A stretch of 64,000 nt of DNA, taken from contig NC_043002.1 in NCBI RefSeq assembly GCF_006345805.1, forward strand, positions 96,782,001-96,846,000. Reading direction: 5' to 3'. Every line of letters begins with the position of its first letter. Positions within the stretch are counted from its first letter, which is position 1. The DNA comes from Octopus sinensis (Eukaryota). Under the pieces are notes generated by a model. That model was not told the DNA's origin. It was given only the letters and a program-made list of their open reading frames with translations, and searched no databases. Made by a program: the position numbers and the translations under genes. This document shows, piece by piece, positions 1-11,950 of this stretch.

Positions 1-241
<241 letters not shown>

Positions 242-447
242 TATTACTCTTACGCAAGAACATAATTAACAGTAATTCGTAATTCGATGTTTCAGCCAGT
301 TCAGACATCGTCTGCATTTTCTATTATACTTATTATACTCACACATACCTGAAACGTACGTTGTAAACGATTTCGGGATCTTACTATTTGCTTTGATTTC
401 ATCATTATTACACACATAGACACACAGACACAGAAACATGCACACAC

Positions 448-848
448 AGGAGTGGCTGTGTGGTAAGTAGCTTGCTTACCAACCACATGGTTCCGGGTTC
501 AGTCCCACTGCGTGGAATCTTGGGCAAGTGTCTTCAGCTATAGCCCCGGGCCGACCAATGCCTTGTGAGTGGATTTGGTAGACGGAAACTGAAAGAAGCC
601 TGTCGTATATATATATATATATATGTATGTATGTGTGTGTATATGTTTGTGTGTCTGTGTTTGTCACCCTAGCATTGCTTGACAACTGATGCTGGTGTGT
701 TTATGTCCTCGTCACTTAGCGGTTCAGCAAAAAGAGACCGATAGAATAAGCACTGGGCTTACAAAGAATAAGTCCCGGGATCGAGTTGCTCGACTAAAGG
801 CGGTGCTCCAGCATGGCCGCAGTCAAATGACTGAAACAAGTAAAAAAA
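448..848 (+). mobile_element. tRNA-derived SINE, family A (full length)
   Basis: Head with A-box (gtggctgtgtggtaag) and B-box-like (gggttcagtccc), internal (TA)/(TG) tract, 3' tail ending gactgaaacaagtaaaaaaa; further copies at 19225, 28140 and 58498. Confidence 0.9.
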
Positions 849-927
849 ATATATATATATTGGTAAAAATGGTAAGATAACAAAAGAAAGAAAGAGACCT
901 GAATATTATGTAAATAGAGGAAATTTA

Positions 928-962
<35 letters not shown>

Positions 963-1097
963 TGCGATCTTCTCGCGGTCTACCTGATAGACTCACAAGG
1001 CTTCAGTCGTCTCGAAGCTGTGGCTGGACTGGATTTGGTTCCGAAGCAAACTTTTTACCATACCTCAGTGCCTACGCCTACAGAGTCATATATATGC

Positions 1098-1173
<76 letters not shown>

Positions 1174-1519
1174 GAAAAACAAACCCTTGTACATAAACGC
1201 ACACAGTCATGCGCACAGACACAAATATGCATACATATACGATAATTTCACATAATGACGCTAATAACTATTTGCTACAAGAATTAAACGTATTTATGCG
1301 TTGGAATAAATCGGCAAGTCAGTACATGTTTACTGTAATAAACATTCATTTAATTTCAAATAGGTCACAAGAAGCTATATATTGTCGCTCCAGCACTCAG
1401 ATCTGCGTGCATATTTTTTACATTAGAAACAACGGTAAGCTAATGAAAATCATTTCGCCACTATTCTATTTATACCTTCAATAAATTGAGTTTCATACAT
1501 TTCTATATACATACGTACA

Positions 1520-1585
<66 letters not shown>

Positions 1586-1614
1586 TATGTATACATAATA
1601 CATATATGTGTATA

Positions 1615-1805
1615 TAGGAGAGTTTACGAAAAAAACAAAAGACGAAGTCAGGCGGTGTACAAAACAAACAGATATATTAGTATAACGCTCAGGAATAGAA
1701 AAAGGCTCTTACGTTCGAGCCTACGCTCTTCTACAAAAAGGGACACAGAAGAAACAAGAAGCGAAAAAATGTGTTTAGTGGCTAACGATCTATCATGGCG
1801 ACTTG
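1615..1805 (-). mobile_element. Penelope-like terminal (pseudo-LTR) fragment with degenerate hammerhead motif
   Basis: Reverse complement aligns with 24390-24580, the 3' end of the GIY-YIG-bearing Penelope fragment. Confidence 0.65.
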
Positions 1806-1851
<46 letters not shown>

Positions 1852-1957
1852 CTTAAATATGTAAGGTATTCAGGCATAGGAACATAACCAATAGCTAACT
1901 CATCAGATATGAAAAATGTGAAGAAAGTATATCTATTAATTACTGCTTTTTACTTAC

Positions 1958-2083
1958 AACTTCTCATTGTTTTCATGTCATCGTTGAGACATGATATTTC
2001 GTCACAATCCTCCATAGATGGGTGTATAACCGTATGTTGTCCGGTACAAAAGCATTTTGCTTGATAGAAACAATCGCTACATT
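1958..2083 (-). CDS. Cys-rich secreted protein paralog 1, exon B (126 nt, phase 1-1): (E)CSDCFYQAKCFCTGQHTVIHPSMEDCDEISCLNDDMKTMRS
   Basis: Acceptor atgtatttcctttacag, donor gtaagt, open frame with 6 Cys; same length and Cys pattern as 25103-25228, same pattern as 52452-52574. Confidence 0.88.
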
Positions 2084-2810
2084 CTGTAAAGGAAATACAT
2101 TTATGAAGGCTTCAAAATAGGTTATCTTCGTTTTTGACGAGGTGGTTCAGTTTATATGGTTTAGCATAAATTCTGCTTGAATTAAATTCCTCCAGTCATA
2201 TTTGAATGTTAGATCTTAGTACGAATGTTAGATGTCGTTAGTGTCGTGATCGTGTGAATTACGAAAGCGCTCATGAGCAGAGGCCAGCAGAGTGGTCAAT
2301 ATTGACACCTTGTTTTCTTTATTATCAACCAAGCGTTCGATAAACAGCTGAAGCGACTTTGAGCCTTAAACGTGCTGGATGATTGACGAACATCACCTTG
2401 GAAAACGTGATAATTAATTTCCAATCAAATATCGATGTAATTAGTATTTAGTAGACATATATTTCACTTTAAACATTTCGACTATATCAATGTCATGCGA
2501 GTAAATTTCTATTGTATTTTCCTTTCAAATTCGCTTACTATTTTCATTCATTTTCTTTAAATATTAATTTTATTTTAGAAATTTAAGTGATGGGGATGGA
2601 TAAGTTATCAACTATTCCTTGAAATGTTCAATGATGTTAGAAGTTTACCGACTTGCAACTAAGAGGGATGCAAATGTTCATGGATATGACGAATACGTGT
2701 TTTACAAGTTACCCGGAAAGAAATGGAACTTTTAAGGGGGTTATATCAGGATCGTATACATCCATCGTGTTCAGTGCAATAGATGATAACGTAAGAATAT
2801 TGAAACTTAC

Positions 2811-2877
2811 CATTGTCACCAAACATATGACATTTAGGAATGATAAGGAAGAACAAAGTTACCGCAAATGTATACAT
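2811..2877 (-). CDS. Paralog 1 exon A (67 nt), signal-peptide-like: MYTFAVTLFFLIIPKCHMFGDN
   Basis: Acceptor ttctttactaacag (TACTAAC branch site), ATG at exon start, hydrophobic core, phase-1 donor gtaagt; same length in paralog 2. Confidence 0.85.
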
Positions 2878-3244
2878 CTGTTAGTAAAGAAGCACAAATA
2901 AAATGTCTCATTATATTCGGCATTTATTTAATATTGTTGCAAAATTCCTACGAAAAGCCAATCATTCAAACAATATTAACATTCAGATATGAGGCTGGTG
3001 ATCGCCTCCGGCATATACACTGTCTCTCATACTTCAGTGGCCGACACTATTATTACGTGTAAAATACAGAGGTAAATGAATGTCACTGTGGCCTAACGGT
3101 AATACTGGGGTATTATGTTGCTGTTGAGGGAAGTTATAACGCTGTGAATGACATATAGAAGTACGTATTATACTTAGCTTAGCGTCGCATGTTACAGAAT
3201 AAATAAAAGAATGTCTAATTTGCTTAGTAATTAATATTCTTTTC

Positions 3245-3365
3245 TCCTCTAGGCACAAGGTTCGAAATTTTGGGGGCTGGAGCCAGTCGATTATATCGAC
3301 CCCAATACGCACCTGGTACTCAATTTATCGACCTCGAACGATGAAAGGCAAAGTCGACCTCGGCT
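3245..3365 (-). mobile_element. SINE family B fragment (gtcgactttgcctttcat-type core)
   Basis: Matches copies at 47540-47715, 47935-48355 and 54370-54560. Confidence 0.75.
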
Positions 3366-4506
3366 GGAGATTACATATATGAAAGCCTTGATACAAAAAC
3401 AGACAAACGTAGCTGTCAGTATAACGTTGCAATCGCGATTACACATTGGAATATATTCATACACTTATGTAGACTTGTATACAGATAGACAGATATATTC
3501 ATAGCTACATGAATATACGCACATATACCCATGTAGACATCAGTGTGCATAAGAATATCTTCATATGGAAGGTAATATATACGTAGCCAGTAACTAGGTC
3601 GTTGTTGTGCGACAAATATCCTGAAGTTTCATCAATTAAACTGAATTTGGTTTTAATAGCCTTTTTGCGTTAGTAATTAGGTAGAAGAATTCGAAAATGC
3701 CAATTATAATGTATAACAACAAAATATAATGGCGAAAACGTAATTCGAACTAGCATCAACTTGATAGAGCATTGCCGGTCACACAGCATTCGACAAACTG
3801 CATGCAGTTCCATTTCAGTTCAACTAAATAAATAAATAATCAAATAAATGATAAAACGCGAATCCCTGGTGGGAAAATTTATAAAAGTAACGCATGAGTT
3901 GCGCGCAAATCTAACAAAAAATTAGTTTTCTAAGAAATGAGTTTTCAGTGTGAGGATTATTGCTGATACAATTGCAACTACCAAACAATACGATATCAAT
4001 CAGAAAGAAGGGCAGAAAGTCACATAGCATGCTAAGTAGGGAGTCTGCAAATTTTACTGGACCTGCTAGAAATATCAGCCAAATCTCCCTAATATCGTAT
4101 TTTATTTCATAAATGATTAGATAAGAGGGAAAGACTATACCTGAAAAAAAAGTAGTAGATGTAACAGCCACAAATAGATTATATTTTGATTACCTTTTTT
4201 CTTTACTTAATCACTGATGTAACTTACATTACAATAATAAATATATGAATAATTATTTTAATTATTTTAAAGTCATATTCCACCTATGAGATAAAATGTA
4301 ATTTTACGCAAAATATATTCTCGATGTGATGAAAGTGTAGATTAATTACAAGGGAAATATATTCCGAAAATCATTATAACATTTCTTTATGTCACTTAAG
4401 TATATAAAAGTATATAAAAAGTATATAAAGTATATAAAGTATATAAAAGTATATAAAGTATATAAAAATGTTAAATTCTAAATTTGCTTCTACGCATGTA
4501 ACTCAC

Positions 4507-4526
4507 CTTGAAATCCTGAACGTGAG
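4507..4526 (-). other. Putative 5'UTR micro-exon, or 3' end of first exon, of paralog 1
   Basis: gatatttcag|CTCACGTTCAGGATTTCAAG|gtgagt; perfect donor, identical at 32276-32295. Confidence 0.55.
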
Positions 4527-4969
4527 CTGAAATATCTTTTTTTGTAAAAGAAGAAAATAATTAGTGTTGTAAAATCTTTCAAAGTTTGCGTTTCGCACCA
4601 TACAGCTGCCGTATGTTGTATATACAAATCGTAAGCATACATTCTCAACATGAATTTCTGATTTATAGCTGTGATATAAATGTTAAGTTTACAATGACAC
4701 GTTTATTGTTAGTTTTATATTAGCGTTTAACACTCTAATTTATAACAATCACATGAAATGGCTTGTAACACAGGAAATTTGAGAGAAATAGGAAAAAAAG
4801 AATTGTTAATGGGGGCGGCTAAACTCCAGTTAGCAGATTCTGTTATGGGAATTCGAGTTTATCTCGGAACATATAATCCTATGTATTATTTAAGATAATG
4901 AGTAATTTCACACGAATATTGGTTGTTATTCTAGAAAGTTGAATGTTAGGATCTTTACCTTTTGACCTA

Positions 4970-5527
4970 CAGATTTAAAAAATGATTTTTTGTAACTAAA
5001 CATTTTCAAACTTCGGACATCTTGTACTCTTAGCATTTTTGAGAAAAACTTATATTTACGAAGTTATTTCACGTTAATGTTGTCCTATTTCGGTAATTTC
5101 AACCAATCAATGACGTGTATTCAGCTGAATAAAATTACTGCTGTTGTTTCTCAACAACTTCCGGCGGTGTATATTTCGTTTGTCACTGTTATTTATGACA
5201 TTGTTCGTGCGTTTGCACTGGTTTTTAGGTTTTTAGGGTTAGGGTTTTAGGGTCAGGGTTGGGGTTTTAGGGTTAGGTTTGTCATAAATAAGAGTGACAA
5301 ACGAAATATACACCGGCGGAAGTTCTTGTTGACAGCAGTAATTTTATTCAGCTGAATACACATCATTGATTGGTTGAAATTACCGAAATACGAGAACTTT
5401 AACGTGAAATAACTTCGTAAATATAGGTTTTTCTCAAGAATGCTAAGAGTAAAAGATGTTTTATATGACACATTCTACCAGTGTCCGAAGGTTGAATGTG
5501 TTTAGTTACAATTTTTTTTTAAATCTA
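4970..5527. mobile_element. Fold-back/MITE-like element with ~230-bp inverted arms around a degenerate TTAGGG tract (5221-5280)
   Basis: Arms ~4970-5200 and ~5281-5527 are reverse complements. Confidence 0.8.
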
Positions 5528-5572
5528 GATTTAGATCCGAATGTTGTGTTATGATTATATATATTCTTTTAT

Positions 5573-5756
5573 TCTTTTACTTGTTTCAGTCATCTGACTT
5601 CGGCCATACTGGAACACCGCCTTTAGTCGAACGAATCAACCACAGGACTTATTCTTTGGAAGCCGAGTACTTATTCCATCGGTCCCTTAGGCCAAATTGT
5701 TTAGTTACGGGACGTAATCACACCAACATCCGTTGTCAAGCAACGGTGTGTGGACA
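5573..5756 (-). mobile_element. SINE family A 3' half
   Basis: Reverse complement of the 660-848 tail. Confidence 0.8.
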
Positions 5757-6576
5757 AACACAGACGACGCACAAATATATATAAATACATATAACAAAGT
5801 GGAGTTGTGGGGTACCGCACGAGTGGAATTATATACGAAAGAAGGTTTGAAAATGCAATTTAAAAGATGTTTATTTACTTTACCGGTTTCACTCTTTGGA
5901 AAAAGATTGTCAAAAGTAACATGTAGAAGTTTGGTTGCGTTAATTATTGCTTGTTACAAATTGCTACATTACATATATACAGTCTTTGGTAACATGGACA
6001 TGTTAAGGACATAAAAAACTTCAACAAGTTCCTTAAAATATTGGGCACAAAAGATTACTACATAAATAATCGTTCTCAAGGACATGCTTAAGATAGTTTC
6101 CAGAAGAAATTGATATTGGTATTGGTATTGTATCTGCATATTCAAACATGCACAGAATATTGGTTGACACAGAGTACTACAATCCATATAAATATACATT
6201 CTTTGGTGACAAGAGCATGTTGAGAATATAAAAAAGTTTAACAAGCTCTTTGAAATAATGGGCACAAAAGATTACAACAAATATATTATACATTCTCAAG
6301 ATAATTTCCAGAAGGAATTATTAAAAAACGTTCAGTATACAGGTACAGAATATTATGAGTTCAAAAAGATTTACATTATAATATTAGTGAAGCCAAAACT
6401 GACCTGTCCGCTATGGTAGTGTAAAAGAATATTGTGTATTTCAAGGGACACAGTAGGTGTGTTTGGTTGTGGGGAAAAGGAGGAGTAACGTGGAACTGAA
6501 AAGAATTTACCCTTTTTTTTGTCTCTCCTTCAAGCATCAATGATTTAGGGGTCAGGATGGGGTGAGTGTGTGTGTC

Positions 6577-6612
<36 letters not shown>

Positions 6613-6837
6613 CATATGTGGTGTGAATAGATGTGTCTGTGTGTCTGTGAGATCTGGTAGGATGGTGTGTGTGTGTGTGTCCTTGTATTTGTCTGGGTGG
6701 CATGTGTGTGTTTATGTGTTTTGTGTGTGTTGGTATTGAGTATGTGTTTGTGTGTGTGCGTATATATGATGCGAGTGTGTGTGTGTGTGTGTCTGTGTGT
6801 TTGTTTAGGATGGGTGCTTGGGAGTATGTTAGAGTAT

Positions 6838-8240
6838 GTTTAGTTGTGGTCTTTATTTTTGAATAAGATTATTTTCCCTATTTATTCGTGTTTGGTCTGT
6901 GGTGTTGTCCGGGTATTGGTATAGTGGGAGAACTAAAAATTTTGGGGACTTATTGTGTGCACAGAGGTCTAAGTGTCCACTTAGTGGTATCTGTCTTGTG
7001 GAGGGGTCCCTCAGTTGTTAGCGGTGAACTGTCATTCTTTCTCTGAGGGTAAGGCTCGTTTGCCCTATGTAGTCTTCGTGGCACCCTTCACACCTTATGA
7101 CGTACAGTAAATTTTTTGATGCGCACGTGAAATTATTTTTTATGATGAATGTGTGTCCCGACTGGAACTTGTACGTCGATCCCTCAATGAGGTGGATGCA
7201 AGTCCTGCAGTTGGGACGACCACATTTTTTAACGGTGGGCGGTGGGCGGTGGGTTTGTGTTGTGTAATTTTGCGTTGGTGAGGAGGTTTTTTAGGGATTT
7301 AGGTTGTCTCTTACTTTTTATTATTTTATGAGCTGCCAGTAATTTTTTTAGGCGTGGGTCTTGATTTAGCTGTGGAATGTTGTATATAATAGTGTAAGCT
7401 TCTGCATTTCTTGGGTTGTGTGTTGAGAGATAGGGGAGGCTATTTACTGTACTGTGGATGTGTTTTGGTTTTCGTAAGTCTTGAGTGTTAATTGATTTGG
7501 CCCGTTCTATTCCGTTGCCCACTAGTGATGCCGGGTAATGTCTTTCGAGAAGAATTGCCCTTAGTTCCCGGAGTCTTCTATTTCGTGTTGTGTCATTTGA
7601 GACAATTGTGCAGATTCTTCTCGCTAAGTTGAAGGGGATATTTGTCTTTGTGTGTTTTGGGTGATTGGAGGTGAATAGAAGGTATTGTTTAGAGTCAGTG
7701 GGTTTGTAATGGATGTCAGTTTCAATGTTGATGCCTTTTTTAATGATTAGAATGTCAAGAATAGGAAGTTGGTCCTGACTATATTCCATTGTGAATTGAA
7801 TGGGATTATTTACACTGTTGTTAAGGTTTTTGAAGTCAATAAGTTGATCGAGTGTGTGGGACCATTGGATGAGGCAATCATCTAAGTAGCGTTTCCAGTT
7901 CTCCAACAGGTATTTGTGGAAAGACTGGCCGTACTTATATTTGGATTTTTCATAAATTTGTGATTCCAGGTAGGCCATCACCAGGTTTGCATAGGTAGGG
8001 GCAACTTTCGTACCCATTGCAGTTCCTGAAACCTGTCTGTAAATGTTATTATTGAAATTCATGAAGTTGTTTTGCAGAATAAATTTGAGGTCCTCAATGA
8101 TGAATTCTTTTTTCATTTTTTCCGGGATCTCATTGGGATATTTATCCAGACAGAATTTAATGGCTTCCAGTCCATATTCATGTGGGATCGTGGTGTAAAG
8201 GTTTATTACATCAAAGGAAACGATTAAAGTGTCTTTATTG
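6838..8240 (-). mobile_element. Penelope-like element, 5'-truncated: RT plus GIY-YIG endonuclease (degenerate)
   Basis: RT motifs SFDVINLYTTIP, GTAMGTKVAPTYANL and WKRYLDD; linker KCGRPNCRTC; GIY-YIG LLYVIRCEGCHEDYIGQT; stops and frameshifts present. Confidence 0.92.
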
Positions 8241-8361
8241 GTAAAGTAAATAAAAAATTTTTAAATTGCATTTTCAAACCTTCTTTCGTATATAAATATA
8301 TATATATAATTTATATAATTTTTTTTCAGAATGAGCTAAAAATCCAAGATCTTACAGATGT

Positions 8362-8479
8362 TTCCAGGATATATAACGTTGGGCTTTTATCAGCCTCCGC
8401 CTACAAAATCCACTTATAAGGATTTTGTCGGCCCGAGGCTATAAGTAGCAGACACATGTGGTTGGGAAGCAAGCTTCTT
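8362..8479 (-). mobile_element. 3' remainder of a family A SINE head (target of the Tx1-like array)
   Basis: Minus strand reads aagaagcttgcttcccaaccacatg...tagcctcgggccgac...gtggattttgtag, matching the SINE A head. Confidence 0.8.
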
Positions 8480-11400
8480 TATTTCATAAACTGGCTATGG
8501 AAGCCGTATATAGATGGGACAAACAATGACATACAAACATAGAAGGTGAAGAAGTTGCTTATTACGAATGAAATAGTTTCGAATGATAAAATATAAATGT
8601 CATGTTGTTAAAAATTATATCTTACTCCACTTTTAAAAATTCCAATATAAGCTTGATGACTGAAGGAAAGGCATCCAACCGCCAGGTTCGAACCTCTACT
8701 TTTCCTTCTGGCCCCACTTACCTGGTTCCAATCACTCGAAGCTTGTTCACTACTTGCTTCCATCTTTTCGCGAATATATCTGTGACAGATATCTCTTCTC
8801 CAGCCTGATCTTGCTAACGAGGTGGTAATTAAAGAAGTTAACCAAGCCCTGGCCGGAGACGAACGTACCTGTCATCAAACCTTTTACATGCGTCTTCCAT
8901 ATTGTTTCTTTCAGTATGGCTTCTATGCAGAAAACAACAAGCCTTTCTTTCCCTGTTAAGAGAAGGTGGTGTCACAATCTTGATAAGAGACTCAGCCGAT
9001 AGCTGTACTCTTCCCATCGTTGACAACAGATGCTCGACAAATTTATCTGTCACGATAATTCCGGACACTTCACGAAGGCGTGCAAGTTAGTTAGTTTCTC
9101 TGTTCCGCCCGAGCCTCGGGCATGTCGGCGAGACGACACCTCGGTGCCTTGACAGCTGGTCTCGCACAGGCAAAGCCAAAAGGTAGTACTGTTAAGCCAG
9201 AGATTTCTGTTAATTATCCAGATATTCCAGCCCAAAAGATCTCCTGAACATGTTGATCAACTAATTTCCATCGAAGCCCAGGGTCCTGGACATCGTCTGA
9301 CATAAATTCTGGACATAAATTCCTGGACATCGTCTGACATAAATTCCACTGACCCGCTATAGAAATCCGCAGTGGAACTCCTGCTGCCGGTATTGCTCAT
9401 CCAAGTTGCCAGACCCTCAGCTTAGGTATTCGTTTGATCTATGGACCAATGTCCATTAAGGATGTCAACTGTGGAAGGTAGAACCTTACGTGCGGTAACC
9501 ACACCTGTTCTCCATCCAGGTAAAGCCAGAGGTGCCTCAACCTTAACGCAAATTTTCGCATCCACAGCCAGGCATCCCTAGCACACCTTTTAGCGGTTTT
9601 TGGTAGTAGACAAAGCGCTTCACAAGTGGCTTTCCTCCCTTCCACAAAAAAAACGTAAGAGGGTTCTTTCCAACTTATTCAGCCACAAATCAGGGCAAAA
9701 CACAACGGTTAGGCGGTAGGTGATGACATGCTATGAACATCTGCCTGGAATAGCGCAGGTTTGTGCCTTTCCGACAAGTCTGTCCACAACACGCACCAAC
9801 CTTTTTGCCAACACCTTGGCCAATGTCTTTAACTCTGTGTTTAACAGAGTTATGGGCCGAAAATTACATATGATATCCCCCGTGCTCGGGTCCTTTCTGA
9901 TCAATGTCATCACCCCCAGCTCACAGATCTGAGAATTCTCCCATTCTGCTGCCAGTTGGCGTAGACGCTGGTCAGTGGGTGCCCAAACAAACCTGGCATA
10001 CCTTTGTAAAACTCATAGTGTAGACCCGGCGATTTATCCCCGGAGCACTCGGATAGCGCCTTGATCACCTCCGAGGCTGTAATCGGCCCCGACAGCACTC
10101 AGCTTCTCGTGGCAAGAGACGCAGACTACCAGCCAGGAAGTCCCGTAAGGTCTCACCATGGTCTAGCGTCCCACTCCTCCCGAACAACTCGGCGAAGTGC
10201 ATGTAAAATGCATCACACATCTCCTATCCTTTGACCAAACGTCCATCTTCGCCTATCAAAGTCTTGATCATGGCCACCCGGCAACATTAATTCCTTCGCG
10301 GCCGAATTGCACGTACTTTAGCCCGAAACCGGCATCCCTCATGTTTGGTTTTGAGATGACGGTCCAATGCCGTTCTCGCTGTCAAAATTTGGCATACAGA
10401 GCCAAATGTCAACGCCGATTCTAAAGCCTTAAGGAGATTCCCTTCTATCTTAGCCTTATCTAAACTTAACTGACGGCTAAATCTAACAGACTCAAAACGT
10501 ATGGCTATTTTTCGGTCAAACCACCGCCGGTTATTCACCACGGTGCCGGTTAATGCTCTTTTCACTAACTCCTTAATCCGTCACGGTATGTCTCACTGGT
10601 CAAATTAGAATTATTCAGCTTCTAGTAGCCGGATCTCTGCATATAGGCATTATGTTCAGCCTACACAGTGGACAGCTAAACCTAGACTTATCTAATCCTT
10701 ATAACTATCCTGTCTATGTAAAACTTGTGCTTCCCATCGCCATTCATCCAGGTCCACACTGCTACGCTCGAGTTCTCAAGTTTGTAACGACCTACCATTG
10801 TCTAGGATGGTTATTGTGCATAGGATATAACATTGTGGTGTGACGCTATCATATCCTTAGTGTATGGTATTTGTCCTTTGAGTCGAACTCGACCAAAATT
10901 CGTCTTTCGACTGTTTTTTTTCTGGGACGGTTGGGTGGTTTTTTTTAATATTTGAATTGTATTTTCTGTTTTTGTGGAGGATGTGGACGGGGATCGTGTC
11001 AACGTTCTTTTGGTCGGACCTCGAACAACAGTGTACTCCTCTTGGACTGTCTCCATAGTGTGTGTATGGGTTTGGGAGCAGTTTTTTGTTGTTTTGGTTT
11101 GTGAGGGTTAGGTGTATGTTTCTTCACAGGAGTTTGGGCCTTTACATTCTCTTCCTTTTTTCGCGTCGCAATCAACACTTATGTGGCCTTTTCGGCCACA
11201 TTTAAAGCATCTGGGGTTTTTTGCCCTCCACATGAATTTTGAGAGCCATGTCCTCGCCCACAAGCACTCCGTCGGAAATCCTTTCTATGTCTCCTGGTGC
11301 CGATTGAATGATGGCTACAATGCTCTGCCCGAGCCAATTTTGGGAGCAGAGCGTGTTACTTGTAGGATATTAATTTTATCTTCCCTGTGAAACAACAGGA

Positions 11401-11950
11401 CGGACTCATCCACGCGGCATCAACCTCCGGTGGTACCTCTATCACTCTAACACGGGATGTGCGTCGCTCCTTTATAGGTTGGCAGGAGGACCACTTCCTT
11501 TGTCTTCAACGGGTTGACAGCCGTCTCTGTTGTTCTGAATCTGGCTTCTATTGTGCCAAATTACCTTCCTCCTGTTATATAGCTAATATCTTTCCATATG
11601 GGTGCCAGGCATTTTTCAGTTTTATTCTGTTCCATATGTTTCCTTTTTTTCTTCTAGGTAGAACGCTTTGAATATAATTGTATTTTATCTCTGCTGTTGT
11701 GTTGGTGGGAGGTGATATTTTTACTTCACTCTCCTCCTCTGTCATTTTTTTAAACATTTCCTGGAGTTCCCCAACCGGGATCTCCAGATTTTCCATCTGA
11801 ACAATTCAGGCCTTCACAGCTTTCTGCCCGGCGCCCCTCCATTAAACAAAAGGGAACACGTCATACTGCTAAGACAACCAAACAACACGCATGTTATTCA
11901 CAAGACCGCAGTGGAACTAAACAAAACGCTATGCCTGGAGCGTGCTTCTT
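8480..11950 (-). mobile_element. Degenerate L1/Tx1-clade non-LTR retrotransposon (ORF1 CCHC knuckle plus fragmented ORF2)
   Basis: ORF1 remnant EGKKPRCFKCGRKGHISVDC (~11170-11230); ORF2 remnants GPITASEVIKAL..SGDKSPG, NFRPITLLNTELKTLAKVLAKRL, AQTCAIPGR; 3' end atgaaata followed by the target motif. Confidence 0.85.

Larger units (their letters stand above)
1853..4800. repeat. Segmental duplication unit (paralog 1 locus), homologous to ~25003-26312 and ~31050-32575
   Basis: Long near-identical stretches by eye, e.g. aatatgtaaggtattcaggcat at 1856 and 25002, and cagtataacgttgcaatcgcgattacac at 3417 and 31129. Confidence 0.95.

Noticed and set aside
1364-1434. Plus-strand 71-nt exon-like segment (tag|GTCAC...AACG|gtaagc)
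   Set aside because: No partner exons or homology found; chance splice-like signals are common in AT-rich DNA. It is also not the missing exon C of paralog 1
2296-2396. Candidate minus-strand exon GDVRQSSSTFK...CQY* between exons A and B
   Set aside because: It ends in a stop before the Cys exons, has no good donor, has no counterpart in paralog 3, and is conserved only at intron level
2653-2901. Plus-strand ORF MQLRGMQMF... conserved at 25748-25942
   Set aside because: Conservation reflects the duplicated intron; it overlaps the minus-strand signal exon antisense and the two copies diverge where that exon does
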